64,000 bases of DNA from an uncultured Candidatus Saccharibacteria bacterium (GCA_964357395.1 CAYHLC010000001.1:119599-183598), one strand, 5' to 3'. Shown: positions 46,326-56,684, numbered from the stretch's first letter. Translations and numbers: made by a program. Notes: a model not told the origin generated them from the sequence alone.

Positions 46326-46619
46326 ATGGGAAAGTTTGATATCAAGAACGAAAACCACCTCGGCATGTTGGGTGAGGTTATGGAGGTCACCAAGCCGCAT
46401 TACTGGTACGCAATTGCGATAGCCGCTGCCGGTGCTGCAGCTGGCTGGGCCTTTACCGGCGGAGAGCCAGGGGGACCACTTGTTGGTGGGGTAGGAAGCG
46501 GACTCCTCGGTCTACTCGCCATCCATTTTATGAAGCGCGCGAATACGATCGCAGCGATTGACGTGATATTGGAAGCGAATCCGGACATGATAGACGAACT
46601 GAAAGAAAACCCGGCATAG
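46326..46619 (+). CDS. small membrane protein (97 aa), hypothetical
   Basis: Track ORF 46167 trimmed to MGKFDIKNENHLG...; Gly/Ala-rich TM; stop codon lies in the loop of a terminator hairpin. Confidence 0.45.
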   Translation: MGKFDIKNENHLGMLGEVMEVTKPHYWYAIAIAAAGAAAGWAFTGGEPGGPLVGGVGSGLLGLLAIHFMKRANTIAAIDVILEANPDMIDELKENPA

Positions 46620-46637
46620 ACCGGGTTTTCTTTTTTC
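46606..46637. terminator. bidirectional terminator shared by convergent 46326 ORF and rpsA
   Basis: AAAACCCGG-CATAGA-CCGGGTTTT followed by CTTTTTTC. Confidence 0.8.
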
Positions 46638-46646
46638 TCGCTGACT

Positions 46647-47750
46647 TTATTTCTTCGCCTTGGTGAAGGAGAGCGTCATGCGATGCTCCTTCGGCTCGAA
46701 GAGGGTAATAGCAAAGGTGTAGGTCTTGCCGAGAGAGAGCGCCTCGCGGAGCTTTGCCTCCGACTCGAACTCTGATACATGCACCAAGCCCGCGACTCCT
46801 TCCTCAATAGAGGCGAGCGCACCGTACTTGTTGTACTTGATGATAGCGGCATTCACCGTGTCGTCCTTCTTGTACTTCGTGCTTGCTGTGACCCATGGGT
46901 CCTCAGAAAGCTGCTTCAGGGAGAGCGAGATCTTACCGTCCTTGATATCAATGACCTTGACCTTGACCTCCTCGCCGACCTTGGCAAAGACGCGCGGGTC
47001 CTCCACCAAGCCCCAGTCGATTTCTGAGATGTGGACCAAGCCCTCCAAGCCCTCGCGTACCTTAACAAAGATACCGAAGTCCACGATGCCAGTTACAGTT
47101 CCCTCCAACACGTCGCCGACTGTGTAGTCGCCGGCCAAGACCTCCTTGCCACCGTCGCCACCACCGCGCTCGCTGAAGATCAGCTTGCCCTCACGTGGAT
47201 CGGCAGTAATAATAGAGACCTGCAGTGTCTGTCCGATCAACTTCTTCAGTTCGTCCAGAATCAAATGCTTCTCGCCGCCAGTGACGCGCGGGTAGTGCTC
47301 GGGCTTCAGTTGCGATGCGGGGAGGAAACCTTGGATACCCTGCCATGCAATGATGAGGCCACCCTTGTTGGCGTCCTTGACCATGAGGTCGAACACGGTG
47401 CCACCTGCGATCGCCTTTTCCGCGTCGCCCCAGATCATCGCCTGGCGAGCTTCCTTTAGTGAGAGCTCGATATAGCCCTCCTTATTAGAGGTGCGTACGA
47501 CCTTGGCTGACACAGTGTCGCCGAGTGCAACCTTCTTCAGCACATCACGCGCTGAGAGGTACTCCTTGCCGTAAATAATACCGGTGCCGAATGGGGGCAG
47601 GTCGATATACACCTTGCCTGACTGCAGGGCGATAACGGGACCCTCGAGCGTGTCGCCCACAACGGGCGGATTAGCGGACTCCCCTAACAGGGTGTCCATG
47701 AGCGTCGGCTCCTTAACTTCCTCTACTTTCTTAGATGCTTTTTTAGCCAT
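46647..47750 (-). CDS. rpsA: 30S ribosomal protein S1 (4 S1 domains, short form)
   Basis: Track ORF trimmed to MAKKASKKVEE; repeated S1-domain motifs (GDTLEGPVIALQ..., GTVFDLMVKD..., GDVLEGTVTGIVDFGIFVKV..., VNAAIIKYNKYGALASI...). Confidence 0.88.
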   Translation of the reverse strand: MAKKASKKVEEVKEPTLMDTLLGESANPPVVGDTLEGPVIALQSGKVYIDLPPFGTGIIYGKEYLSARDVLKKVALGDTVSAKVVRTSNKEGYIELSLKEARQAMIWGDAEKAIAGGTVFDLMVKDANKGGLIIAWQGIQGFLPASQLKPEHYPRVTGGEKHLILDELKKLIGQTLQVSIITADPREGKLIFSERGGGDGGKEVLAGDYTVGDVLEGTVTGIVDFGIFVKVREGLEGLVHISEIDWGLVEDPRVFAKVGEEVKVKVIDIKDGKISLSLKQLSEDPWVTASTKYKKDDTVNAAIIKYNKYGALASIEEGVAGLVHVSEFESEAKLREALSLGKTYTFAITLFEPKEHRMTLSFTKAKK

Positions 47751-47933
47751 GAACCAGTAATCAGGGCGGGTATCCGATGCGTTACCGCAAAGGAGGGTTA
47801 TTCCGTCCCAAAGTGATTGGTATCTGAGGAGCATAGCACGCTGCGCGTGCCCACTCAAGCTGGGCAGTATCTGTCAGAATCCCGGGTTTCTGACATATTT
47901 GACAGGCAGGGGGTGGAACGTACCATAAGCGGT

Positions 47934-48182
47934 ATGGCCGAGGAACCGCCCTTAACGAAGCAGGAGATGGAAGCGGCTACGCGCTTTGTGATTCGTTGCC
48001 TCACCCTTGTTGCCGGGGTATACCTCGCGCTCCAGGTCGCGCACGAGTATGAGTTTCTGCCGGACTTTATTGATTTTGGCTCATTCGAATCCCCGTGGTG
48101 GAGGTTCGCACTCATTGTATTCGGTGCTGGTCTCGTGACTGGAGGAAGGGGGAAGCGAGGCGGCACTACTCCGAACCCCTAG
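47934..48182 (+). CDS. small membrane protein (82 aa), hypothetical
   Basis: Track ORF 47817 trimmed to MAEEPPLTKQEMEAATRFVIRCLTLVAGVYLALQV...; followed by terminator hairpin. Confidence 0.4.
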   Translation: MAEEPPLTKQEMEAATRFVIRCLTLVAGVYLALQVAHEYEFLPDFIDFGSFESPWWRFALIVFGAGLVTGGRGKRGGTTPNP

Positions 48183-48185
48183 CTT

Positions 48186-48216
48186 AAACAGCCCGAGGTC
48201 GGACCTCGGGCTGTTT
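48186..48216 (+). terminator. terminator hairpin
   Basis: CAGCCCGAGG-TCGGA-CCTCGGGCTG then TTT. Confidence 0.6.
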
Positions 48217-48422
48217 GCAGGTTTGACATGGCTAGGGCGTAGCGCATAATGGCGGCATGGCAGGATTCGAGAATGCACCAAATAGACTTGAGGGTAGCGT
48301 TTGGTGCTCGGGGTGCACATCTCGCGTAAGTGCTTTTTCATTGGACGGTGGACAAAGCTGGACCAAGTATGTGCACTCGCCTTGCGACGATGAATAGCAC
48401 CAACCTCTGATATACTCGACGC

Positions 48423-49046
48423 ATGGTTATACAGAAAGTAGGAGGGTACTGCTTCAAGATCTCTGCAGGTCCAGTCACGGTGGCACTCAACCCGCCAGGG
48501 ACAAAGAGCAAGCTGAAGGTCAACAAGTTCGGATCGAACTTGGTGATGATTGCCGTGCGGAACGATGATTGGGATGGAGCGGAGACAGCGAGCCACGGGG
48601 ACAAGGAGCCGTTCGTCATCTCGGGCCCCGGTGCATACGAGGTAGGCGATATCACGGTGTCCGGCTTTGCAACTGCAACTGACTATGATGGCCACAAGGA
48701 AGTGGGGAACACGGCGTACGTATTTGAGATGGACGGCATCAAGGTACTCGCGCTCGGTGCGATATCGAATGGAAAATTGCCGCAGGACCTGCGCGCCGAG
48801 CTCGACGATATCGGCATCGTGCTTGTCCCGGTTGGCGACGGTACCCTAGATCCGAAAGCCGCGCACGAGCTGGTGGTGGCCTTGGAGCCCAAAATCATAA
48901 TCCCGTACGGAGTCGGCAAGGATGGCGACGCTGCCGTTAAGGCCTTCTGCAAGGCCGAGGGCGAGAGTCCAAAGGAGGAGGAAAAGCTCACCATTCGCGC
49001 TAAAGAAGTCCAAGAAAAGGACGGCGACGTAGTACTATTGGCGTAA
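48423..49046 (+). CDS. MBL-fold metallo-hydrolase
   Basis: Beta-lactamase-fold pattern with conserved H/D (AVRNDDWDG..., LVPVGDG, ...); ATG 6 nt after TATACT. Confidence 0.7.
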   Translation: MVIQKVGGYCFKISAGPVTVALNPPGTKSKLKVNKFGSNLVMIAVRNDDWDGAETASHGDKEPFVISGPGAYEVGDITVSGFATATDYDGHKEVGNTAYVFEMDGIKVLALGAISNGKLPQDLRAELDDIGIVLVPVGDGTLDPKAAHELVVALEPKIIIPYGVGKDGDAAVKAFCKAEGESPKEEEKLTIRAKEVQEKDGDVVLLA

Positions 49047-49240
49047 TGTTCCTCAGTTATATAGAGCGACTGCGCGGGGAGCCGCCAGAGGTGCGGCGGC
49101 AGGCAGTCTTTTGGCTGACGACATGGATCGTCGCAATTATCGTGCTTATATATGTGGCGTATCTCTTTTTGGTCCCATCCTTTATGCCGACAGCTGAGCC
49201 AGAAAACCTCATAACCCCGCCATACCAAGCCACAAATTAG
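49046..49240 (+). CDS. small membrane protein (64 aa)
   Basis: Track ORF; TAATG overlap with previous gene; one TM. Confidence 0.4.
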   Translation: MFLSYIERLRGEPPEVRRQAVFWLTTWIVAIIVLIYVAYLFLVPSFMPTAEPENLITPPYQATN

Positions 49241-49278
49241 GCTGATTTTTTGGTCATTGTGTGATAAAATGAGAGGAT

Positions 49279-51762
49279 ATGGCCCGTAAAAAGGGAGACG
49301 ATTCTGTTGACTCTACCGAGGCGGAGGGGGCACCCGAGCGCATAAATGTTATCTCGCAATCGATCACGGATGAGATGCGTAAGTCGTACCTCGACTACGC
49401 GATGTCCGTTATCACCAGCCGCGCCCTCCCAGACGTGCGCGACGGACTAAAGCCGGTGCATCGCCGCATCCTCTACGCCATGCACGACATGGGCCTCACC
49501 TCGAGTGCCAAGTTCCGCAAGTCAGCAACGGTGGTGGGAGAGGTCTTGGGTAAGTACCACCCGCACGGCGACACGGCTGTGTATGACGCCCTGGCAAAGT
49601 TGGTACAAGACTTCACCACCCGCTATCCACTCATCCTCGGGCAAGGCAACTTTGGGTCACTCGACGGCGACAGTCCCGCTGCGATGCGTTACACCGAGGC
49701 CAAGATGTCTGCGGTTTCGGGCGAGCTCTTGAGGGACTTGGAAAAGGAGACTGTCTCGTGGCGCCCCAACTACGACTCGAGTAGGAAGGAGCCGGAGGTA
49801 TTGCCTGCAGCGGCGCCAAATATACTACTGAACGGAACTTTGGGTATCGCCGTTGGTATGGCGACCAACATGCCTCCGCACAACCTCACCGAAGTGGGGG
49901 ACGCGACGACACATCTTATCGACAACCCCGACGCTGACACCGACGATCTACTCGGATTCATCAAGGGTCCCGACTTCCCAACTGGCGCAGTCGCCTTCAA
50001 CCAAGCTGATATCAAGCATGCGTACACCAGCGGTCGTGGGCCTGTGGTTGTGCGCGGCGAGGCAGAGATAACCGAAGACAAAAAGGGCAACAGCATCATC
50101 GTCATCACCTCTATCCCATACCGCGTCAACAAGGCGGACCTCATAGTCAAGATGGCCGACCTGGTGCGCGAAAAGAAGTTGGAAGGTATTCGCGATATCC
50201 GCGACGAGTCGACCAAGGACGTCCGCATTGTTATCGAGATCAAGAACAACGCACAGCCGCAGGCGGTCCTCAACTATCTCTACAAACACACACAGCTCGA
50301 GGAGGCATTCCACTACAACATGGTCCTCCTCGTTGATGGCGTCCCCGAGACGCTCTCCCTCTCGGGCATACTCGGGAACTTTATCGAGCACCGCAAGGTA
50401 GTTATTAAGCGTCGAACTGAGTACGATCTCAAGATTGCCAAGGCTCGCGAGCACATCCTTCTCGGACTCAGTAAGGCGCTCGACCATATCGACGAGATCA
50501 TCAAGCTCATCAAGGCAGCCAAGGATGTCCCCGCAGCCCAGCTTGCACTCATGACCAAGTTCAAGTTCTCTGAGCTACAGGCCAATGCGATTTTGGAGAT
50601 GCGCCTCTCGAAGCTGGCTGGCCTTGAGCGCAAAAAGATTGAGGACGAGCTGAAGGCGGTGCAAGCGCTCATCAAGGAATTAGAGGAGATACTCTCGTCG
50701 GCAAAAAAGATATTGGCCGTGGTTAAGAAGGAGCTGGTCGCGCTGAAAGAGAAGTTCGGTGACGACAGGCGTACCAAGATCGTCAAGGGCGGCGTCAAGA
50801 ACATGAGTCAGGAGGATTTGGTTGCAGACGAGGCAGCGATGCTCACCCTCACTTCGTCTGGCTATATCAAGCGCACCAACCCTGGTGAGTACAAGAAGCA
50901 GAACCGCGGTGGTGTAGGCGTCATCGACCTCAACACGAAGGACGAGGACTTCGTCACGCTCTTTTTGGAAGCGTCGACGCACGACCATGTGCTGTTCTTC
51001 TCTGACAAAGGCAAGGTGTATCAGACACGCATGTTCGACATCCCTGAGGGGCGCCGCGCTACGAAGGGCAAGTCTATTATGAATGTGCTCCCGCTCTCGC
51101 AGGAAGAGAAGATCACCTCCGTCGTGACCATGCCAAAGGATATGAAGTCGAAGGCTGAGGCAACCGCATTTATGCTGGTAACCGAAAAGGGCGTCGCAAA
51201 GAAGGTGAAGGCGGACCAGTTTGGCGAAGTACGCCGCTCGGGCATCATCGCTATGACTTTACAGACAGGGGATAGGCTCATCGCCGCGCTCCCCGTTATG
51301 AAGAGCGACACCGTGATGCTCACCACCTCCGGCGGACAGGCAATACGATTCAAAGAGAGCGACATCCGGGAGATGGGCCGCACTGCGGCGGGCGTACGCG
51401 CTATGAAGGTGGGCGGCAAGGGTATGATCGTCGGCGCTGATGTGGTACGGAACGAAGCTGAGTCAGACTTTGTAGTGCTTACCGACAAGGGCTACGGCAA
51501 GAAAACAAAAGTGAAGGAGTACAAAGTTCAAGGCCGCGGCGGCTCCGGTATCAAGACGGCTAACGTAACAGCAAAGACGGGCCCCGTCATCGCTGGACGC
51601 GTCGTCACACCCGCAATGATGGAGATAATCGTCGCGTCGCAAAAGGGGCAGGTGATCCGCACAGAACTAAAGCAGGTGCCGTGCCTCTCCCGCGCGACGC
51701 AAGGAGTGCGTATCATGAAGCTCTACGAAGGGGACAAGCTGGCCGCCTTCACCGCGTTTTAG
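49279..51762 (+). CDS. gyrA: DNA gyrase subunit A
   Basis: Active-site region [26 protein letters not shown], catalytic Tyr [11 protein letters not shown]-terminal beta-pinwheel repeats. Confidence 0.97.
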   Translation: MARKKGDDSVDSTEAEGAPERINVISQSITDEMRKSYLDYAMSVITSRALPDVRDGLKPVHRRILYAMHDMGLTSSAKFRKSATVVGEVLGKYHPHGDTAVYDALAKLVQDFTTRYPLILGQGNFGSLDGDSPAAMRYTEAKMSAVSGELLRDLEKETVSWRPNYDSSRKEPEVLPAAAPNILLNGTLGIAVGMATNMPPHNLTEVGDATTHLIDNPDADTDDLLGFIKGPDFPTGAVAFNQADIKHAYTSGRGPVVVRGEAEITEDKKGNSIIVITSIPYRVNKADLIVKMADLVREKKLEGIRDIRDESTKDVRIVIEIKNNAQPQAVLNYLYKHTQLEEAFHYNMVLLVDGVPETLSLSGILGNFIEHRKVVIKRRTEYDLKIAKAREHILLGLSKALDHIDEIIKLIKAAKDVPAAQLALMTKFKFSELQANAILEMRLSKLAGLERKKIEDELKAVQALIKELEEILSSAKKILAVVKKELVALKEKFGDDRRTKIVKGGVKNMSQEDLVADEAAMLTLTSSGYIKRTNPGEYKKQNRGGVGVIDLNTKDEDFVTLFLEASTHDHVLFFSDKGKVYQTRMFDIPEGRRATKGKSIMNVLPLSQEEKITSVVTMPKDMKSKAEATAFMLVTEKGVAKKVKADQFGEVRRSGIIAMTLQTGDRLIAALPVMKSDTVMLTTSGGQAIRFKESDIREMGRTAAGVRAMKVGGKGMIVGADVVRNEAESDFVVLTDKGYGKKTKVKEYKVQGRGGSGIKTANVTAKTGPVIAGRVVTPAMMEIIVASQKGQVIRTELKQVPCLSRATQGVRIMKLYEGDKLAAFTAF

Positions 51763-51771
51763 TGCAACTGT

Positions 51772-52056
51772 ATGGCAAGAATGTTTGAGGGGCTAGGCAA
51801 GTACCTAGACAATGCCGAGAAGGAAGGGAAGATAACACCACAAGAGCGGTGGCGCTTGGGTGTGTTGTATACCGCAGGCATTGGCTTGGTGCTGACTTCG
51901 ATAGTCGGGCATGTTGTAGAGATGGGCCTTAAGGACGCTGAGTATACGGATCTGATCCCGCACATGTATATCGACCTAGCGGGCCTTGCGGGCGCGGTGA
52001 CCTGGACAGGTGCAGCACTCTACTTTATTGCCGCACTTTCAAAGAAGAAGAATTAG
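51772..52056 (+). CDS. small two-TM membrane protein, paralog A
   Basis: MARMFEGLGKYLDNAEKEGKITPQERWRLGVLYTAGIGLVLTS...; paralogous to the next gene. Confidence 0.5.
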   Translation: MARMFEGLGKYLDNAEKEGKITPQERWRLGVLYTAGIGLVLTSIVGHVVEMGLKDAEYTDLIPHMYIDLAGLAGAVTWTGAALYFIAALSKKKN

Positions 52057-52102
52057 CTCCTGCCGCCTTCACCGCGTTCTAGTTGACAGTGGCAGCGCGT
52101 CG

Positions 52103-52408
52103 ATGTATGGTTCCTGCATGAAAGGACCATTCGAATACCTCAACAGCCACCTCCAGAAGACTGAGGACGCTGGCCTCATTACCCCAAGTGAGCGAGGTAT
52201 TATTGTGTGGGGCGCTATCCTCGGCATAACTGCCGGCTTAACAGGTTCAGTAGGGGCTGCAGATAAGTTCTTTAAGCTCGGCATTTTCGATAAAGCAACT
52301 GATCAAACACTCTCAGAGATTGCTATTGCTGGGTACTCAGTCGCCGCACTCTCAATGATTTCCGCCGTGTATTTTATCCTCCGTAATAATGGTGGTCAGA
52401 ATAAGTAG
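52103..52408 (+). CDS. small two-TM membrane protein, paralog B
   Basis: MYGSCMKGPFEYLNSHLQKTEDAGLITPSERGIIVWGAILGITAGLTGS... aligns with paralog A (F..L......G.ITP.ER...V...A.G..L); start 52103 or 52118. Confidence 0.45.
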   Translation: MYGSCMKGPFEYLNSHLQKTEDAGLITPSERGIIVWGAILGITAGLTGSVGAADKFFKLGIFDKATDQTLSEIAIAGYSVAALSMISAVYFILRNNGGQNK

Positions 52409-52431
52409 CCGAGTTCGCTACTAGGGCAACT

Positions 52432-52758
52432 ATGGCAGAGGGAATTATTGACAATACGGCGTATTCCGAGGCGGCACGCATTGAGGTGTCCAGCAATATA
52501 TACATGCGGCAGGTGGCAGTCGCAGTGGGACTCACGTTGCTTGCAGATTTCATTCTCTATACCTGGAGCATGGGTGGGGCAGTTGGTGCAGTGGGCAAGG
52601 AAGCTGCGCTAGAGGCGTTCTATTTTCGGGCGGCTGTTGTTAACGCAGCTATTCTGATCCCCACAACGATCGTAGCGGGTGCGGGCCACCGCATGCGAAA
52701 GCGTGGAATCATGGGGCCGGCAGAAAAGCCTGAGAAAAAGAACGAGGACGAAGGCTAG
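52432..52758 (+). CDS. hypothetical membrane protein (108 aa)
   Basis: Track ORF; ATG 7 nt after TACTAG. Confidence 0.45.
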   Translation: MAEGIIDNTAYSEAARIEVSSNIYMRQVAVAVGLTLLADFILYTWSMGGAVGAVGKEAALEAFYFRAAVVNAAILIPTTIVAGAGHRMRKRGIMGPAEKPEKKNEDEG

Positions 52759-52800
52759 TGGAATTTGCTTTTTGCTAAACTTTGTGTCATTATATTAGAT

Positions 52801-53184
52801 ATGGGTGGCTTTGTATCAGGCACTGAGCGTACGAAAAAACGAGTAAAGCGGGAGACTCGACACACACTGAAGAGTAGAACTGTGCTCTTGTGTGGCGCTC
52901 TCGTAGCGCTTGGGTTCCCTGGCTATCTACTGTATGTAGACGGCCCTGCGGTCGCTTGGCTCCTCTCTACGTCTGCGATGGAAAAGTTTTTTATTCTTGA
53001 CGTTAATGTCCAGTTCGGATTGTTGGTGGCGGCCGGATTTGGGGCTCTTGCCATTCTCAGTCGAATTCTCGGCCCGCGCACCAGCTCGAGTCGCTACTAC
53101 GAAACGAGTACGCCCGAGAAGGCTCCAGATACGGAAGATGATGGGGTGCTCGAGCCGCCGCATTTCGTCAGGTGGTACGACTAG
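52801..53184 (+). CDS. hypothetical membrane protein
   Basis: Track ORF 52765 trimmed to Met 52801. Confidence 0.4.
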   Translation: MGGFVSGTERTKKRVKRETRHTLKSRTVLLCGALVALGFPGYLLYVDGPAVAWLLSTSAMEKFFILDVNVQFGLLVAAGFGALAILSRILGPRTSSSRYYETSTPEKAPDTEDDGVLEPPHFVRWYD

Positions 53185-53222
53185 TAACAAGCCGCAGAAG
53201 CGGGGATTTTCATTGGTACAAT

Positions 53223-53759
53223 ATGGGGATGTTACTCGCGGACCCGCGTGAGGTCTTAAAGTTCGTGACGCTGCGCCCCGGCTACCGGGTTGCAGACTTT
53301 GGTGCGGGCTCTGGCGCGTACACATCGGTACTCCTCGAGCGTATTGGTACGGAGGGGAAGGTGTACGCCTTGGACGCGCTGCCGCAGTCCTTGGAGCGGA
53401 TACGCCACAGCGCTGAGGGGAGCGGCAAGAAGTGTATGACCTTGAACTGCGAGTTCGAGTCGGCGCTGCCAATGAAGGAAAACTTGTTGGACCTCGCCAT
53501 TCTTGCTAACACGCTACACCATGTCGACCCGCACGCGCGGCAGAGCTTCGTGTCGGAGTTGGCGCGCGTCGTTGTGCCAGGTGGTGAGGTCCTGATTGTT
53601 GATTGGGCAGGGTCGTTCAATAACATGGGGCCGGCGCGCTCGATGATCGTCACTCCCGTAGATGCGGTACGACTCTTCCGCGCATCAGGTTTCAACACTG
53701 GCGACATGCTCCCCGCGGGTACACACCAGTACGCATTCGTAGCCACTTTGCCAAGGTAG
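53223..53759 (+). CDS. class I SAM-dependent methyltransferase
   Basis: Motif I VADFGAGSGAYT, motif post-I, LIVDW. Confidence 0.7.
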   Translation: MGMLLADPREVLKFVTLRPGYRVADFGAGSGAYTSVLLERIGTEGKVYALDALPQSLERIRHSAEGSGKKCMTLNCEFESALPMKENLLDLAILANTLHHVDPHARQSFVSELARVVVPGGEVLIVDWAGSFNNMGPARSMIVTPVDAVRLFRASGFNTGDMLPAGTHQYAFVATLPR

Positions 53760-53779
53760 AATAAAGTAGAAAGACGTAG

Positions 53780-55069
53780 ATGAAACCATTTCAGGCGGCA
53801 GTACTCGGAATCTTCCTCTTCCTCGCCTTGGTTGGCGTCTTTGTGTTTGCCACCTTTACCTCCTCACGCCAGGATGCTATCGGTGAGGTGGTCATCTGGG
53901 GCTCCTTGCCGCAGGACATTGTGGACGACCTCCTTACTATTGTGCGCGGAACACGAGATGATTTTAATGGAGTGACGTATCGCGATTTTACTAAGGAAGA
54001 GCTAATGCCGACCCTGGTGCAGGCTATCGCCTCGGGCCGCGGGCCGGACCTCATACTCTTCCCGTCCTCTGCGTTTGTTAAGGATGGCGACAAGCTGCAA
54101 CCTATTTCCTACAGCACCGTGCCCCGCAGGACCTTTCAAGACACCTTTGTCGAGGCAGGCGAGATATTCCTCACCGCAGAGGGCATCGCTGCGCTTCCCA
54201 TGACTATCGATCCAACGGTTATGTACTGGAACCGCACCATGTTTGCAAACGCAAGTATTGCGCGTCCACCAAAGTATTGGGACGAACTTGCAACACAGGC
54301 GCCAAAGTTGACTAAGAAGCAGCCGAACGGATCTCTCATAACAAGCGCGGCTCCGCTCGGCAGCTGGGACAACGCGACTCATCCTAAGGAAATATTGGTA
54401 ACGCTGCTACGCCAGCTCGGCACTACGGTTATTACTCGCGATGAGGAGGGGCTGTATCGCAATGTACTAGCGGGTACGAATGATGCGGAGGTGTCACCTG
54501 CAGAGTCTGCCATCCACTACCTGGTAGACTTTGCAGACCCCGTTAAGCCGAACTATAGCTGGAACCGATCGCAGAAGAACGCCAGGGACGCGTTCCTCGC
54601 TGGCACTCTCGCGCTCTACTTCGGGCCAGCGTCCGAGCTGCTCTCCATCCGTGAGTCGAACCCGAACCTTAACTTTGATGTCGCACCTATGCCGATAGCC
54701 CGTGGGGGCGGCGAGGGAGTCTATGCCGACGTGGAGGCACTCGCGGTGCCGCGAGGCGCGGCGAACCCTGGTGGAGCGACGGCAGTCGCACTCATCCTCG
54801 TATCAGCGCCGATATCGACCGAACTTGCCAAGGCGACACGCCTCCCATCACCCCGCCGCGATGTGCAGCTGGACGCATCCGCGGATCAATACTTAACCAC
54901 GTTCCGCGCATCGGCGCTCAAGGCGTTCGCATTCATGGACCCAGACCCGAGTGCCTCGAGTGCGATATTTAGTCGTATGATCGATAATGTTGCCTCGGGC
55001 CGCTCGCGTATATCCGAGGCCATCCGAGCTGCGGATGAAGAGTTGCGAGTCCTTATTCGGGTGCAATAA
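53780..55069 (+). CDS. extracellular solute-binding protein (family 1-like), orphan
   Basis: N-terminal TM/signal, ~400-aa periplasmic-binding-fold pattern; no permease or ATPase gene adjacent. Confidence 0.5.
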   Translation: MKPFQAAVLGIFLFLALVGVFVFATFTSSRQDAIGEVVIWGSLPQDIVDDLLTIVRGTRDDFNGVTYRDFTKEELMPTLVQAIASGRGPDLILFPSSAFVKDGDKLQPISYSTVPRRTFQDTFVEAGEIFLTAEGIAALPMTIDPTVMYWNRTMFANASIARPPKYWDELATQAPKLTKKQPNGSLITSAAPLGSWDNATHPKEILVTLLRQLGTTVITRDEEGLYRNVLAGTNDAEVSPAESAIHYLVDFADPVKPNYSWNRSQKNARDAFLAGTLALYFGPASELLSIRESNPNLNFDVAPMPIARGGGEGVYADVEALAVPRGAANPGGATAVALILVSAPISTELAKATRLPSPRRDVQLDASADQYLTTFRASALKAFAFMDPDPSASSAIFSRMIDNVASGRSRISEAIRAADEELRVLIRVQ

Positions 55070-55076
55070 TGTGTCT

Positions 55077-55400
55077 ATGATCAAAAGAGCATTTGCACTC
55101 ATTGTGCCCACACTCCTCCTTTCGCCTATCGTGGCGCTCGCTGCACTTACGAACCCGCTGCAGACTGCGAGTCTCTCACAATTCCTCACGATGCTCCTGC
55201 GACTCGTTGCAGAGATAGCCTCGCCGATCATCGTCCTTATGATTGTGTACATCGGCTTCCTGTTCATTACCGCGCAGGGCAATCCGGATAAGCTGAAGAA
55301 GGCCAGAGAGTACTTCCTCTGGGCTATGATCGGCGCCTTGCTCGTCCTTGGCGCGTACGCACTCTCGCTCGCTATCGAAGGGACCGTAAGCCAACTCTAG
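55077..55400 (+). CDS. VirB2/TrbC-like (T4SS-pilin-like) small protein, paralog 1
   Basis: Signal-like N-terminus MIKRAFALIVPTLLLSPIVALAA, helix LLRLVAEIASPIIVLMIVYIGFLFITAQ, loop GNPDKLKKAREY, helix FLWAMIGALLVLGAYALSLAI. Confidence 0.55.
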   Translation: MIKRAFALIVPTLLLSPIVALAALTNPLQTASLSQFLTMLLRLVAEIASPIIVLMIVYIGFLFITAQGNPDKLKKAREYFLWAMIGALLVLGAYALSLAIEGTVSQL

Positions 55401-55401
55401 T

Positions 55402-55671
55402 ATGCCGCAAGTAGGACAAAAGCCAGAGAATCTGACAGAGCTCATACAGATGCTCACGAGCATCGTAGGAGCGTTCATCCCCGTTGCGGTCGGGTTCTGC
55501 GTTGTTGCTTTTGCATGGGGGCTGATGACCGTCCTGATGGATACGGACAACGCGGATAAGCGCAAAGAGGGCTCGAAACGTATGATCTGGAGTGTCCTCG
55601 CGCTCTTCGTCGTCCTCTCCCTTGGCGGCATCATTGAGATTCTGAAGGCCACACTACTTGGTGAACAATAA
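55402..55671 (+). CDS. VirB2/TrbC-like small protein, paralog 2
   Basis: LTELIQMLTSIVGAFIPVAVGFCVVAFAWGLMTVLM - DTDNADKRKEGSKR - MIWSVLALFVVLSLGGIIEIL. Confidence 0.55.
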   Translation: MPQVGQKPENLTELIQMLTSIVGAFIPVAVGFCVVAFAWGLMTVLMDTDNADKRKEGSKRMIWSVLALFVVLSLGGIIEILKATLLGEQ

Positions 55672-55767
55672 GAGCTACGGCTATCCACACGGTACTCGCT
55701 TGGGGGTCTTGAGCGGGTAGCAGCAGGGTACACTGTAAGAAGTTAATAATATATTGATACTAATTAC

Positions 55768-56109
55768 ATGAACACGCTTTTGAAAGTTGGCTCTATTGCA
55801 TTCCTCGCGGCCCTCCCGGTTGCGGCGTTTGCAGATACATTAATCGATGTGGCAAACACTATCGGAGATATCGTCGGCATCGTAACGCCTATCGTCGTTG
55901 CTATCGCCCTCATCCTCTTCTTCTGGAACCTCGCTATGTACTTCATAGGCAAGGAGGAGGACAAGAAGAAGGCCGTCTCCGGCATGATCTACGGCGTCCT
56001 GATCCTCTTCGTCATGGTATCGATCTGGGGTATCGTCAACGTCTTGCAAGACACCTTTAACGTCGGTGGTACGCAGACGGTCACACCGCCTAACGTACAA
56101 GGCATCTAA
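55768..56109 (+). CDS. VirB2/TrbC-like small protein, paralog 3 (clear signal peptide)
   Basis: MNTLLKVGSIAFLAALPVAAFA | DTLIDVANTIGDIVGIVTPIVVAIALILFFWNLAMYFI - GKEEDKKKAVSG - MIYGVLILFVMVSIWGIVNVL; ATG 6 nt after GATACT. Confidence 0.6.
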   Translation: MNTLLKVGSIAFLAALPVAAFADTLIDVANTIGDIVGIVTPIVVAIALILFFWNLAMYFIGKEEDKKKAVSGMIYGVLILFVMVSIWGIVNVLQDTFNVGGTQTVTPPNVQGI

Positions 56110-56114
56110 GTACT

Positions 56115-56312
56115 GTGGAGGATAGGAAGAGCATACTCGAGACCGTGAAGCCGAGTGACGCTCTAGTGCGCCTCGGCTCTCGGCAATCTGGATTCCGTAT
56201 GTGGGCGGTGGTCATAGCCGTGCTCTTCCTCTTTGGTGTTGTGATAGTTGCTGCAAGCATCTTTAACTCAACTGGTGCATCTAATGAGCCAGTACCATCA
56301 GTAAGTATCTAG
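56115..56312 (+). CDS. small TM protein (65 aa, GTG start)
   Basis: Track ORF; one TM (WAVVIAVLFLFGVVIVAASIF). Confidence 0.3.
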   Translation: MEDRKSILETVKPSDALVRLGSRQSGFRMWAVVIAVLFLFGVVIVAASIFNSTGASNEPVPSVSI

Positions 56313-56313
56313 T

Positions 56314-56559
56314 ATGGACGCACTCACCGGATTCGTCGACAACTTAGTGCGGCTCATCATCCAGCCGCTCGTCGTGCTGCTCCTCACTGCAGGCGTGGCG
56401 TACTTCATTTGGGGCGTTGGTACGTACCTATGGAAAGGGGAGAAGGGCGAGGATCGATCGAAGGCCGCGCAGAACATGCTCTGGGGCCTCATCGGCCTCG
56501 TCATCATGGTCGCTGTCGTTGGCCTCCTCGAAATCCTAACCTCCACCTTCGGGGTCTAG
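56314..56559 (+). CDS. VirB2/TrbC-like small protein, paralog 4
   Basis: LVRLIIQPLVVLLLTAGVAYFIWGVGTYLW - KGEKGEDRSKAAQN - MLWGLIGLVIMVAVVGLLEIL. Confidence 0.55.
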   Translation: MDALTGFVDNLVRLIIQPLVVLLLTAGVAYFIWGVGTYLWKGEKGEDRSKAAQNMLWGLIGLVIMVAVVGLLEILTSTFGV

Positions 56560-56593
56560 CCGAGGCGTGATACATTAAACCTGCTCCTCGCTC

Positions 56594-56677
56594 GGGCGAG
56601 TGGTGAAATTGGCAGACACGCCAGCCTTAGGAGCTGGTCCTCGCAAGAGGGTGGAGGTTCAAGTCCTCTCTCGCCCA
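56594..56677 (+). tRNA. tRNA-Leu (anticodon TAG), class II
   Basis: Acceptor GGGCGAG/CTCGCCC, anticodon stem CCAGC/GCTGG, loop CTTAGGA, long variable arm TCCTCGCAAGAGGGT, T-arm GGAGG-TTCAAGT-CCTCT. Confidence 0.9.
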
Positions 56678-56684
56678 CAGAATA

